Source: Octopus vulgaris
Lineage: Eukaryota
DNA length: 64,000 nucleotides
Assembly (NCBI GenBank): GCA_951406725.2
Contig: OX597815.1
Span: 184,574,001 to 184,638,000 of the forward strand
Direction: 5' to 3'
The number at the start of each line of letters is the position of its first letter. Positions within the stretch are counted from its first letter, which is position 1. This document shows positions 1-12,589 of the stretch, in pieces. The position numbers and the translations under genes are program-made. The notes beneath the pieces were generated by a model. The model had not been told where the DNA came from and searched no databases. It saw only the letters and a list, made by a program, of their open reading frames with translations.

Positions 1-212
1 CTTCCAATGACACCATCAGCTCTATCAAAATTCCAATTTTTCGTTCTGTGTTCCATAGGATTAAGTCCGGTCTTCTTGCTTTTATGAGTGGAAATATTAA
101 GTCTTTCCAAATCGGTGGTCATCTCCCAGTATGCCTTCCATGTTTCGTCAGTCTCGTATACTGTTTTGAAAGCCTGGTCTTATGTCCTTTACCCTTCTGG
201 AATTTCAGGTAT
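1..212 (-). mobile_element. HERO/NeSL-clade non-LTR retrotransposon remnant, restriction-like endonuclease (REL) region, cut by window edge
   Basis: Minus translation W-EMTTDL..(fs)LIFPLIKARRPDLILWNTERKIGILIELMVSLE matches the REL motif L.FP..I....RPDI.LW...K...IELTVPWE. Confidence 0.8.
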
Positions 213-586
213 AATTCTTTCTACTCTAGCACAAGGCCCGAAATTTTGGGAGAGGGAGCCAGTCGATTATATCGACCCAGTTCGCAACAGGTACTTAATT
301 TATCGATCTCGAAAGAACGAAATGCAGAGGCGACCTCGGAAGAATTTGAATTCAGAATGTGAAGACAGACGAAATACCTATTTCTTTACTACCCACAAGG
401 GGCTAAACACAGATAGGACAGACAAACGAATCAAGTCGATTATATCGACCCCGGTGCGTAACTGATACTTCTTTAATTGACCCCGAAATAATGAAAGGCA
501 AAGTCGACCTCGGCGGAATTTGAACTCAGAATGTAACGGCCGACGAAATACGGCCACGCATTTCGCCCAGCGTGCTAACGATTCTG
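213..586 (-). mobile_element. SINE family A, two-unit copy (head-core-tail1 joined to core-tail2)
   Basis: B-box GAGTTCAAATTC, core GTCGACTTTGCCTTTCAT..GGGGTC.AT.AA..AGTA, tail CCCCTTGTGGGTAGTAAAGAAATA; unit junction near 379. Confidence 0.85.
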
Positions 587-589
587 AAT

Positions 590-1690
590 TTTTTTATTAA
601 ACACTGGGAGAGAACATATAAAGGACAATACGGAAACCTGGGGGGGGGGCACAAAACTATGGTAGAAGAAACACATGACAGTGAATGAAAACATAAATGA
701 AAATGAAGTTATTCGCTTTACCTCTGAGTAGTTCCACTCCCTTTATCCTTTAAATTCCATACCTTCCAAAATATCCAATCCATATGCTTTTTATACCTTT
801 TTTCATACTCTATATTATCCGGCAACCTTTTCATGTTGTAGTCCAGTCTCCAGCATTTGTACCCACCTTCATACTTTTCTGTTTCATTCTTCAGTTTCTC
901 TGATACTAAAACACATGTATGCCACCACTTAATATTTGTCTTTACTTCCACGATAATAACCCACATCTATTTCGTAGTGGGATAACCGAGCCCTGAAAGC
1001 TCTCCTTCAAAGGTATGAGGTTAGGAGGACTACCCTTTCCGTCCTTTACGGGGTTGCCGAGTGTTACTTTGCCTTTGCTGCCTTTTTAAAGTGATCTTCC
1101 ACTGTTTCACATTGACTTCCTTTGCCAAGATGTTTTATATCTTGCCAGATTGCCTTCAAGACTTTTCAATTCTCTCCGCTGATACAATTTCAGTTCCCTT
1201 TTCTCCTACAGAATATACTTTGTACACAATAGTCCTTTCCTGCATATATTTTATCACTTCCTGGGGTGGCGACAACTTTTCGTCGCCCGCTTCTCTGTGT
1301 ACCATCCTCTCATCACGTTTCAACATTGAAAGATCTACCTCCTCATTCGCAACATCCGCCACTTTCGCAAAACTTTTCTTCTGTAATTGACTCTTTATCC
1401 TTTCCAACGCTCGTACGAGTTCCTCTTCTGATGTTCATAGTTCAGACTCACTAAATTCTGAACAAAAACAGCCGACTTCTTTTTCTCCATAGCTAACTCT
1501 CCTCAAAAGAGGAGAGGAAGGAGAGAATTTGCTGCAAAGCAGTACAAAAATAATTAACGAAGAGTTAAAACACTGATACAAAAACAAAACTATTTTAACA
1601 CTCTGAAAATACCGTCAAAAATTACTCGCGTTACACCTTGAATAACACCGGAAGCGTCCTGGCGTATCTGACAGCTCAACGCCTGGAATT
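590..1690 (-). mobile_element. ORF1(gag-like)-only L1/Tx1-related element, internally deleted copy
   Basis: ORF 1156-1407 (KKSFAKVA...KLSPPQEVI...IVYKVYSV...EIVSAERIEKS) aligns by eye with 14330-14570; ORF 718-966 region is shared at DNA level with 10660-10900. Confidence 0.65.
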
Positions 1691-1699
1691 TCAGATATA

Positions 1700-2970
1700 T
1701 CAAGGCGTTTTCGTTCAAAGAGGATTTATTTTGAAGCTGAAGAGTTTATTTATGTCACTAGAAGGTAGTACAATGGTTGTTTGATTTAAGTAGTTTTAAT
1801 CTTAAACATTAATGGAAATAAGTACGATGCTATGTATCGAAGGATAACTCTGTTGGGAAAATATGAAATATCTTAAGTGTCCTGAAAGTTAAAATCAGCA
1901 AATAGCTGCTTCTTGTAATAATGCTTTCTGGGTTTGTAACGGAAACAATTATTCACGAACTTATATATACGAGAAAAAAAAAGCACCAGGAAAATATAAA
2001 CAGTGCCTGGTGCAGTGTTAGAAAAGATCATTAAAAGACAACACTGGATAGCACACTTCTACATCAAATATTGGTTTCAGAAACTGCAGATGCCTTTAGA
2101 ATTAGTTTGATAGAAGAAACTTTAAGTTTATACAAATAAATACTGCTCCCAAAGTAATGTTAATAAAAACTTAACTAACATAATATACTCGCACCAAATT
2201 TTATCCAATCGGATAAAAGTAAAAATTTAACAGATTTTAGCATGCAACGTACAGAAAATTCTACACTCTGATCAATATAAATTAATGAAAACCAACTCGG
2301 ATACATTTTAAGAAATAAACAAACTTGGTCACGATATCATTGTGAATTTGGTTATAGATGAAGAACAGAAATATTATCTTCTAAAATCGCCAATTTTTAC
2401 TCTCAAATTTCAATAGCTAACTTGGAAAAGATACCACTAACTGACTTTAAAAAATCGACTTAGGAATATTATGCAAATCTTTGCGGGATAAAATATTTCA
2501 AAAGTTAGAAATTTTCAATGGATCTCTATAACACATCACTATAGATTAGCTCAGAAGGTTTTTTATCTTTTTTTTTTGCAATTTGATATACAAGAACTCT
2601 ACCCTTTATAAGATCAGGTTCTCTTAAATATCTAAACTTCCAGTCAAAACTGCCTTACAGACAAAAGCACACGTGCATGTAGAATTATTTTAATTTACTA
2701 AGATATCATTTGGATTAAAATCACAAAGATATCGGTTGGATTGAACCTTACTCGCACACCGCTCAATGCATGTTAACGAGTCCACAGAAAACAAAATTAA
2801 GCTATTCTATACTTTGAAAACAGAATTACTAAATTTAAATTTAAAAAGTTGTTTGGCTAAAAAGAATTGGGGAAATAAAATAAAACAATTTTTTTTCAAA
2901 ACAAAAATTGGATTTCTGTCACTCATTGAAGAAATAAGTTTCCATCAATACCAGTAAGAAAAAAAAAAAG
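1700..2970 (+). mobile_element. Highly decayed 3' part of an L1/Tx1-like ORF2 ending in an A-run
   Basis: Fragmentary post-RT/zf-RVT-like peptides (e.g. YKNS.PL.DQVL near 2590-2625) with many stops and frameshifts; A-run at 2959-2969. Confidence 0.35.
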
Positions 2971-3160
2971 AGACAGCTACAAGAATTACAAAAACATGAC
3001 GCCGCATCAACAGTGATTCAAGAACCAGCTATAACATGGCACCTAGAAAAATAGCAGCAACAATAACACCCACAGTTGAAGCAACGGTCACAAAAATCAC
3101 AAAAGCAACCCCATCGTTCAGAGACTTTGTAACACTGACACAAACTAACAATAATAAATA

Positions 3161-3343
3161 TATTTCTTTATTGCCAACAGCGGACTAAACATAGAGGGGA
3201 CAAACAAGGACAGACAAAGGGATTAAGTCGATTAGATCGGCCCAAGTGCCTAACTGGTACTTATTTAATCGACCCCGAAAGGATAAAAGGCAAAGTCAAC
3301 CTCGGCGGAATTTGAACTCGGAGCGAAATACCGGCAGACGAAA
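3161..3343 (-). mobile_element. SINE family A, 5'-truncated
   Basis: Core and tail1 match other copies; 3' end abuts a short (AAT)n. Confidence 0.85.
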
Positions 3344-3984
3344 ACAATAATGTATTAGCAGAAAAAAATGCAGCACCCGTCAAGGCATTTTCCTTTCTGC
3401 ATTGGACACTCAGAATATCATGGTGGGGGAGGGGAGTGAGGTGAGGAACTTCAGTGACACAAAATAACTAAAATGTAAAAGAGAAAAGCACGCCAACAAA
3501 ACCATTAGAAGGTTTGAACAATTGGGGAAGATGCGTTTGACCTACGGCGCATCTCTGATACTAAAACACCAAAGATTAGCTAAACCAGTATTATATACCC
3601 ATGATCACCACCACTACCGCTACGACAGACACTATCAACATTATGCACACAAGTACACCCTGGTTCACACAACCACTACCAACAACAGAAACCACTAACT
3701 ACACGGCCATAAACGCAACAAAAATCAATGAATCTCGTAGATCAATATACAAGCATTTCATACGATAACTGCATTGCATTAACTCACAGCATAACGGTAA
3801 GAATAAGCAAAAACGAAATCATCAAAATATCACAAAACATACATTTTAGGAAACAAATGCTATGACTGAGTAGGTGGATTTCGAGAGAATATTCACGAAA
3901 GATTATGCAGAGATTTACTTGTGGAAACATCTGCACCTAACAGGAGGGAGGAACGTCTGTAGTTGCACAGGAATAATAGGAATG

Positions 3985-4142
3985 AGGCAGGAGTAGTTGT
4001 TTAGTAACAAATTTGCTTCCCCACCATAGGGTTCTCGGTTCATCCTGCTATGTACTACCCTGGTCAAGTGTATTCTACTATAGACGAGAATCGACCAAAG
4101 CTTTGTGAGTGGATTCGGTAGACGGAAACTGAAAGAAGCCCG
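3985..4142 (+). mobile_element. SINE family B head, truncated at a MITE
   Basis: GACCAAAGCTTTGTGAGTGGATTCGGTAGACGGAAACTGAAAGAAGCCC shared with the full copy at 29349-29740. Confidence 0.8.
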
Positions 4143-4467
4143 GGATCTTTACCTTTCAACTGACAGATTTTAAGAATAATTTTTTGTAACTAAACACTTT
4201 CAAACTTCGGATACTGGTAGAATGTGTCTTATAAAACATCTTTTACTGTTGGGGTTGTTGAGAAAATTCTGTATTTTGGAAGTTATTTTTTGTTAAAGTT
4301 GTCGTATTTCGGTAATTTCAACCAATCAATGACGTGTATTCAGCTGAATAAAATTACTGCTGTTGTTTGTCAACAATAACTTCCGGCGATGTATATATCG
4401 TTTGTCACTGTTATGTATGACATCGTTTGTGCGTTTGTATTGGTTCAAGCTTTAAGGGTTAGGGTTA
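4143..4467. mobile_element. Truncated GGATCTTT-ended MITE relative with telomeric-like repeat
   Basis: Starts GGATCTTT; AACTTCG.ATACTGGTAGAATGTGT shared with 33973-34449 and the reverse of 9900-10320; AGGGTTAGGGTTA at about 4455-4467. Confidence 0.65.
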
Positions 4468-4499
4468 TCATTGGCGGAGGCTGCTAATCAACTAAGGCC

Positions 4500-5160
4500 A
4501 AGCGAAAGCTTCTGATACAGTCGTCGATCAATAATTGCTGACTATGCTAATGACATCCAGTTTCGACGACCTCTTTCTCTGTTGCATCGCCGCGATGTAC
4601 AACTTTTGTTTGCTCGTGGTTAAGAAGAATGGCCTTTGGTTGTAACCATTTAGCTTCATGTGCCTTGTCTGTTAATTTTGTCACTCTCGTCTCTTCTGTA
4701 TGTACTGAGATTCTGCTGTCGAAAGTAAAGACACTGAGGGTTATTCCACGCGTACTAAGATGAGAAAGAATTGTGTCAGCATGTGCAGACGACTTCACCT
4801 CCATAGTATCCGTCATCAGGTACATATAACGGGACGGAACTACTCTAAGCCAGTACAAAGCGGGAACAGGAAGGAAAATCAACCTAAAAAAGTTATAGGG
4901 GTAACAACTCGGAACCGACAGGGTCATGCAGTCCGTCAACGTTGTTGAACACCGGACTGTGGGCCTGGTTAAATTGGTTTGAGATGTGGTGGGATCTAAA
5001 TATCCAAATGGAGAAGAACTGAGATGAGTGACGAGCAGCTTGGTTAATCTCACCTAGAAATAGCCCCGAGAACAGGTTATCCCAGAAACATCGGGTAAAT
5101 TTGGCAATCACCTACTTCCCCTCTGAGAATCCTGCCTCAATTCATATAGATTTGGCTTCA
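4500..5160 (-). mobile_element. ORF1(gag-like) fragment of the L1/Tx1-related family
   Basis: ORF 4547-5053 TMEVKSS...KWLQPKAILLN parallels TVEVLFRS...VWLVDAILLG at 14060-14275. Confidence 0.5.
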
Positions 5161-5357
5161 ATTTCCCGCTCCCTTGACGTTTTAAAAGTTATATTATCGG
5201 TCTGTAAAATCACGAACATACTACATATTTTATATTAGCTTTGAAAACCTGCAAACGTTGGCAAAATACTATGATTTATTTTCCTATCCCTTTATGACAA
5301 ATTTCCATCCCGATTTTTAAAGCTAGCTATTCATTTTCTTCGTTTTGGCCTATTTTT

Positions 5358-5810
5358 AAGGAGGTGAGCTGGCAGTGTCATGAACACACTGGGTAAAACG
5401 TTTAGCAGTATTTCGTCCGTCTAGGGCGGGCGAGCTGGCAGAAACGTTAGCACGCCGGACGAAATGCGTAGCCGTATTTCGTCTGCCGTTACATTCTGAG
5501 TTCAAATTCCGCCGAGGTCGTCTTTGCCTTTCATCCTTTCGGGGTCGATTAAATAAGTACCAGTTGCACACTGGGGTCGATGTAATTGACTTAATCCGTG
5601 TGTCTGTCTTTGTTTGTCCCCTCTGTGTTGAGCACTTTGTGGGTAGTAAAGAAATAGATATTTCGTCCGTCTTCACATTCTAGGTTCAAATTCGGCCAAG
5701 GTTGACTTTGCCGTTCATCATTTCGGGGTTGATAAAATAAGTACTGGGGTCAATATAAACGACTTACCTCTTCCCACAAACTTACTGCCCTAGAGCCAAA
5801 ATTTAAAACC
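5358..5810 (+). mobile_element. Young SINE A (5423-5657) nested inside an older SINE A
   Basis: 14-bp duplication TATTTCGTCCGTCT at 5409-5422 and 5659-5672 flanks the inner copy. Confidence 0.9.
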
Positions 5811-6295
5811 GATTTCTTTGTCTTCTATGAGCAGCGTATTCATAAAAGATCGTGTTTGTTTTTTCTCATTTTCAGCCTTCGAAAAACACAATCGGACCCT
5901 TTTGGCATACTACGATCGAAAGCCTGCTATTTGAAATTTGACAATTTTCTACTTCTTTTATCTTCTTTTATAGAGCAGCTTCTTTAATTCTAATATATTA
6001 GTTGATAAGCTTGTTATGATTTGAAAACTTAACTCAACATTTTAAAGTTCTAAGCTTAGGGCGCACCAAGTACTTATGTAATCAAATCTCTGCGAATTAA
6101 CGGCGAAATTTGAACGCGAAACGCTGGGGAATCAAACGACGTAATGTTACACATTAATATTCTATTCTAGCTTATTCTATCTTCTAGAATGAAGTAGTTG
6201 TAACAATTTTTAGATTTGGTACAACGACACACAATTCGATTTTATTGATATAATTGCTGCGGTATGCAAGGTGGCGATTATTTTATAGATTTTAC

Positions 6296-6635
6296 CGCAC
6301 TCCCTCGGTTACGACGACGAGGGTTCCATTTGATCCAATTAACTTGCATGGGGCTGAGCACGCCACAGATATGTGTACCCATAACGTAGTTCTCGGGAAG
6401 ATTCAGCGTGACACAGAGTGTGACAAGGCTGGCCCTTTGAAATACAGGTACAACAGAAACAGGGAGAAAGAGTGAGATAACGTTGTGGTGAAATAGTGCA
6501 GCAGGATTCGCACCCGCCTCCTGCCGGAGTCTCGTGGACCTTTAAGCTCAATAAACACTCACAACGCCCGATCTGGGAATCGAAACCGCGATCCTACGAC
6601 CGCGATTCCGCTGCCACTGGGCCATTGCGCTTTCA
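6296..6635 (-). mobile_element. SINE family C (tRNA-like head, tail ..ACCCTCGTCGTCGTAACCGA)
   Basis: Head GCGCAATGGCCCAGTGG, B-box GGTTTCGATTCCC; closely similar to 47435-47810. Confidence 0.85.
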
Positions 6636-7286
6636 CATTTTATAGATAATGAAAGAAGTGAAGAATCAGACAACGGCCAGATTTGAAATCATAAGGATAG
6701 TGGAACGAAGAGACATTAAAGATATGTCTTTCGCTCGTCTTTCCGTTCGTTTAAAAGTTATTTGCTAATGATACAATACGTACACACATGCATACATATA
6801 TATCTTCACAGACTCAAGACAAACCATAGGAATGTATGTTCTGCATGTGCATGCGTTGAATCAGGCTAATTATAATAAAGGAAATACAATTTATTGTATT
6901 AGCTTAATGATTTGAAATTCAAAAAAGAATTATAAGGTAATGAGGCTGGCCTAGAAGTCCGACAGCAAAATTATCTTAATTAATTAACTCATAAAATTTC
7001 ACTATAAAGTCTTTCAAACGGATAAGAACTAAACGCGTCTTAGCCTTTTAATACTGACGGCAATATAATTAGATATAATTTCATGTTTAATCGAGTGTAA
7101 AATTGTATCTTTCTTCTGGATTATTATGAAGTTTAACTGCATTGAATTAAATGAAATATTGATTTTCACTGAAGACATATACCACAATTCTTTCTCAAAG
7201 GCAGCGTAGGCGTGAAAATAGTGAAAAAGCGTCATCAAATACCAATTTTTTATATAGACACTTGATTAGAAATTTGTGGAGAATTA

Positions 7287-7645
7287 TTAGTGGTTACCAT
7301 CCGCCCTTCAAATAAGCTGGTATGTATCTTTCGAACCCGAAACGTTGGAAGGCAAATTTGACTCGGTGACATTTGAACTTTCGAGAATGAAGGGTTGGAA
7401 CAATTTGCGCAAAAATTTTTTATATAATATTCTATCAATCCTGCTCTCATACCACCCTGATTCTTTCAAATATTGGCAACAGTCGTTGTTTTTGGCTAAC
7501 CAGGAACAATGAAACTACTTCAGGAAATCTAAATTTCTCAGGATCGATTCCTGCCAGAAAATATACATAGAAACGGCCATACTCTAAATTTTCAAAATAA
7601 AATAATCTATCGTAAAAACATTCACTTTGTAGATTGCAAAAAGTT
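7287..7645 (-). repeat. Local duplication partner of 12005-12290, with an exon-like segment
   Basis: CTGCTCTCATACC.CCCTGATTCTTTC.AATATTGG.AACAGTCGTTG.TTTTGGCTAACCAGG...GGATCGATTCCTGCCAG present at both loci. Confidence 0.85.
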
Positions 7646-7764
7646 GTTTACAAGAGATTCTAATAAGGATCTTCAATGATCTGAAAATGACTGACGGTTA
7701 AAACCCGTATATGTATTGTATACTTTGTTGAACGTCACTTGTTTCAGTAAAGATATTTTAGTTT

Positions 7765-8153
7765 CAAGTTTTGACACAAGGCCAGCAAATTCATAAGAGT
7801 AGATTTATTACGTTGATCGCTAATGCTCAAACGGCACTTATTTAATTGACCCCGAAGGGGATGAAAGGCACACTCGACCTCCGCGAAATTTGTTCTCATA
7901 ACGTGACAACGGAAGAAATACCTATTTCTTTACTACCCACAAGGGTAAACACAGAGAGGACAAACAAGGACAGACAAAGGGATTAAGTAGACTATATCGA
8001 CCACAGTGCGTAACTGGTACTTAATTTATTGACCCCGAAAGTATGAAAGGCAAAGTCGACCTCAGCAGAATTTGAACTCAGAACGTAGCGGCAGACGAAA
8101 TACCGCTGAGCAATTCATCCGGTGTGCTAACAATTCGGCCAACTTGTCGCCTT
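7765..8153 (-). mobile_element. SINE family A, two-unit copy
   Basis: Head-core-tail1 joined near 7922 to an older core-tail2. Confidence 0.85.
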
Positions 8154-8198
8154 CGTTCCTGTAAAGATTATATTGAAGGAACATGTAGAGTTAGGTTC

Positions 8199-8565
8199 AG
8201 GCGTGGCTGCGTGGTAAGAAGTTTGCTTGCCAACCTCATAGTTTAGGATTCAGTCCCACTGCATGGCACCTTCGGCCGACCAAAGCCTTGTGAGTGGATT
8301 TGGTAGACGGAAACTGAAAGAAACCCATCATACATATATATATGTGTGTGTGTGTGTGTGTATCTGTGTTTATTTCCCCTCCCATCGCTTGAAACCCAAT
8401 TTTGGTGTGTTTATGTCGCCGTAACTTAGCAGCTCGGCAAAAGAGACCGATGGAATATATACTAGGTTTACAAATAATAAGTCCTGGGGGCGATTTCTTC
8501 GACTAAAGGTGGTGCTCCAGCATGGCAGCAGTCAAAATGACAGAAACAAATAAAAAGAAAAAGAG
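8199..8565 (+). mobile_element. SINE family B
   Basis: Head GTGGCTGCGTGGTAAG, internal (TA)(TG)n, tail GGTGCTCCAGCATGGC...AAATGAC.GAAACAA. Confidence 0.85.
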
Positions 8566-9312
8566 TTACCTGTGTATACCTGTAGCTGTATCGGTATACG
8601 TGTTGTGTTGTGGCTATTGTTATGCGAAGAATGTTCCTGATCAATCGTATCACTTTTATGAACGAAACGCATTTGGGTGTTCGATCGTCTGCCAGTATAC
8701 AAATGATTTGAATTGAAAATATTTTACTCAATTTTTGACTTCGACTCTGGGCTTTCAACAATTTTCCTTGTTTCTCCCTCTTATTCCATCGCTATCAATT
8801 AAACTTGTTTAATAACTTTTCATTTTCTTAAATATAGAACAAAATTTTTCTTTTGATATTTTGTCCGTCGTTTGCAGATAAGAGTATTAATTTTATATTT
8901 TTCATTACTTTCTAGCCTATAATCGTACAGTGGAAAATTTCTAATATTTTTTATTTAGTTGTATAAAGTTTCCTACACCACTTTACTTTCTATATATTCG
9001 AATCTTTTAAAACTATCTGTAATCATTCTCGTGCCTCTCTTTCTGTTTAAACAACTTTGTTCATTCTACTTCATTTAGCGCAAAGGGGGAAATATAACTA
9101 AGATTTATTAATGAAAAACTTCAGTGGCGATGTCTATTACTTTTTGTATTTAACTTTGTTTTAATTTCTAATATAATACATCAATACCATTTTTCTTAAA
9201 ACGTTTCTTTCATTTACAAATGCCGCGCACTTTATTACTCAGAGAATCTGAAGTGCATTGATACGTGTGACTGCTCCGTACCCAGTTATTATCTAGCGTG
9301 AGTCTAATATCT

Positions 9313-9644
9313 GAGACCCCCCTCGGTCACGACTCAGACCACGGGACTGCACTCACAAAGTTACCTTCCCAGGTACAAGTCCGGCCAAGGTTGTTTATGG
9401 AAGATCAGCAGTCGCCCATGCATACCGGCCTCCCCTCTCCACGCCACCATTGTTATCCAAAGGAAAGGCAAAGGCCGATACAGCTTGGCACCAATGACGT
9501 CGCAACGCATTTCTACAGCTGAGTCAACTGGAGCAATGTGAAATAAAGTGTCTTGCTCAAGAACAGAACACGCAACCCGGTCCGGGATTCGAGCTCTAAC
9601 CTCACGATCGTCAGCTCGACGCTCTAACCACTGAGCCATGCGCC
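9313..9644 (-). mobile_element. SINE family D (tRNA head plus CORE-like domain)
   Basis: A-box TGGCTCAGTGG, B-box-like GCTCGAATCCC, TTCTTGAGCAAGACACTTTATTTCAC; paralog at 22782-23115. Confidence 0.85.
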
Positions 9645-9649
9645 TATTC

Positions 9650-10530
9650 TGCAGAGTAAAGCTCAAGCAGCTTCTGCTACGTCTACAAAGAGGTGTGCGG
9701 TCTGACATTGTCGCGATAAAAAGACAATTCTCTAACATTAGCAAGTGCTAGGAAGTTTCTGGTGGATGATGTATTTAATTTGTTCAATTGGCAGCAGTAC
9801 ACATCTGAATCGGTGGCCCTGCACATAGAAAGAAACTCGTAAAAGACAACACTCTTCCAATCCCACCAAATTGAAGGCATAATTTCGATTGAAGTTCTGG
9901 AATCTTTACGGTTTGAACGGCAGTTTTTTCTAGCGGTGCCATATGAAATTGTCACCCATAATTATGACCCTAGTATCGATCTATTGTATTTCAATCTATT
10001 TTAGGGTTAGGGTTGGTTAGGAGTGGGGGGGAAGGGTATCTTTTTTTTCTTCAGAAATGTAAATAAACCCAATCTGTTTTTTAAACGAGGGACATATTCA
10101 TACGGCACATAATGTTTTTTACCTCAATGGACGTAATTGATTGGTTGAAATTTCAGAAATTGCAGAAAAACCCCCAAATATCTTACAAACTATAGAATTT
10201 TCTCAATAAAGCCAAGAGTAAAAGATATTTTATAAACACATTCTACCAGTATACGAAATTTAAAATTTTTTAGTTATCTAGAAATTATGTTAAAAACTGC
10301 CGTTCAAACCGGAAAGATCCAAGTTCTGCATTTGAAGGTTGTTTGTGGTCCCCCATTATCGTTTCCGCTTCACATTGTTATAGAAGATCAATTTTTCTAT
10401 CTCCTGTAAAAAACTCTTTTCTTTTTTTTTTTAAAGGAACCTATTTCGTCACGTTTTCGCAAGGAACCGCAGACGGAAAGCCCTTCAACAAGTTTAACCC
10501 CATTCAATTCATGTAGGACCTACAGATCTG
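9650..10530 (-). mobile_element. Decayed mariner transposase, interrupted by a MITE at 9900-10320
   Basis: Minus peptides VLHELNGVKL..SVCGSL.., FYNNVKRKR, then SIWWDWKSVVFYEFL...DVYCCQL..DNVRPHTSL (mariner WVPHEL, WWDW and DNARPH motifs). Probable 5' end/TIR at about 11560-11691. Confidence 0.85.
9900..10320. mobile_element. Merlin-like MITE, 8-bp TSD, internal TTAGGG
   Basis: TIR G(A/G)ATCTTT.CGGTTTGAACGGCAGTTTTT; TSD AAGTTCTG at 9892-9899 and 10321-10328. Confidence 0.85.
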
Positions 10531-11545
10531 TTTCTTTATTGCCCACAAGGGCCGAACGAAGAGGGGACATTACAAAGACATGTGGGGACATAGAACAAAC
10601 GAAAAAATATATATAACGTATGATACAAGCTAAATGATAAATGAAAAGGAATCTACTTTCCTCACCTCCAAGTGGTATCACTTCCTTTATCCTGTAAATT
10701 CCGTACCTTCCAAAATATCCAATCTACATTCTTTTATACGTTCTTCATACTCTATATTATCCAGCAGCCCTTTCATGACATTGTTCCCTCTCCAACATTT
10801 GTACCCACCTTTATAATTTTCTATTTGATTCTTCAGTTTCTCTGATACTATGACACATGTATGCCACCCACCCCTTAATATTTGTCTTTCCTTCCACGAT
10901 AATAAACCTTGTTCTTTTATCTCGTTGTTTTGTTAATGAGTTACATGTCTACACCTTCAAACGTCATACATGCAAAACAACTTCCAGTGGGAGGGGAAGT
11001 TTGTGAGTTCCTGTGTCTCAGTGCCTTCTTTTTTTGTTTTGATTTTGTGTCGGAGGTGTCTGCTGATTGAGGGGTCTTGAGAAGGTATGGGTGATTTGGG
11101 TTGGGGTTCCCATTCAGTCTGACCTGTTTTCTTTCTCTTCCTCCGTTGTTTTCTTTTCTTCCACTTTCCACGGTTCGTCGCCGTTTATTTGTATTTCCTC
11201 CTCCATTTTCTCTGGTACGTTCCTGACTTCCTCCTGATTTTCTCAGTCTGTGAAGGGCAGTTCCCTCCAATGTGGCCCTTTTGGCTTCAGTTGAAACATC
11301 GACGGATTCTGCCCTCCACCCTAACTCTTAAAAGCACAGCTCCAATTGTTATTGTTTCCAGCATTTTTTCAAGGTTTTGATGTAGATGGTTTTCAGCATT
11401 CTATTTGAATACCTGGAGAATAACTGTGATCATCCTTTGGTGTCGACTAATCTTTTCGTTTTGTCGCTGTTTATCTCAGTTGGTCGGCCGGCACCGAAAT
11501 ATTTCCCGATAGAAATTTTGGAAACCAAAGCACAACCTGTCTCGC
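10531..11545 (-). mobile_element. ORF1-only L1/Tx1-related element with zinc knuckle, inserted in the mariner
   Basis: Minus peptide LLRVRVEGRIRRCFN*SQKGHIGGNCPS (CCHC); 3' end TCCCCTCT...CCCTTGTGGGCAATAAAGAAA matches SINE A tail1. Confidence 0.7.
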
Positions 11546-12004
11546 CGCCGCAAGTTGGCGTTCAACTACATTCGAGTGTAAAGTATCTTACGAATGCGCA
11601 TGTGCAAGGGGAAAGCTGAAGGTAGCTACTTTTTAGAATTGTTGACGTTTAGTGTCGAAAAAACTGAATTGGCTTTTTGGGCAATAAAATACATTTATTT
11701 TATCGGTGGCTACATATTCATAAAATATGTATGTAACCGAGATAAGAAAATAAGTTTAACAATTCTGAAAATAAATAATACTCTGAAAATGTTACTCCTA
11801 CGTAGTTGCTATTTCTTTACGTTGAACATGTTTATGAAAAACGTGAATGTAAATCATAGATCACTTACAAGCGCTTCTCTAAAATCTGAAGTAGAAGTCC
11901 TTACAATCGCTACCAAGACCAGATCTAATGCAGACAGTTATACCTAAAAATGCAACCAGTCATGAACCATGTTGTATACTGATATACTAGGATACCATCC
12001 TTTT

Positions 12005-12290
12005 CTTAGTGGTTACAATAAAACTTAATATTCTACTTACCCTGCTCTCATACCGCCCTGATTCTTTCTAATATTGGAAACAGTCGTTGCTTTTGGCTAA
12101 CCAGGTTCATAAACCATCCTCGAAAATGGAACTACTTCAGGAAAGCTAAATTTCTCGGGATCGATTCCTGCCAGAGAATATACATAGAAATTACTCTAAA
12201 TTTACAAAATTTACATACTCTAAATTTACAAAATAAAATAATCTATCGTAAAACCATTCATTTTATACATTGATCCGGTGTTGCAAAAAG
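12005..12290 (-). repeat. Second copy of the duplicated exon-like segment
   Basis: Minus strand tctctggcag|GAATCGATCC...ATGAGAGCAGG|gtaagt; in-frame TAG present. Confidence 0.7.
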
Positions 12291-12589
12291 GGCTTTCGAA
12301 ATTTCTTCGGGTGCCTGTGGTATTCAGTAAAGTGTACCAAATACCAAATGTGTATACTCTATCTTAAGTGTAGGTTCTTAACATTCCATGGCTATTCTCT
12401 TAGCACTTCGTCTCATGCGTTTGATGTCGCTTTTTTGTTTCGATTGAACCAAAGTATATGTAGTTTGAATAACATAGGGTTTGAACTCGCGTTCACCAGC
12501 TAAACTACTGTAGGTTGGACAATTGATTAATGAAGTTTGATTTTTACTTCGCAAATATTAACTACTTCCCCTTTCTTACCACAACGAAT

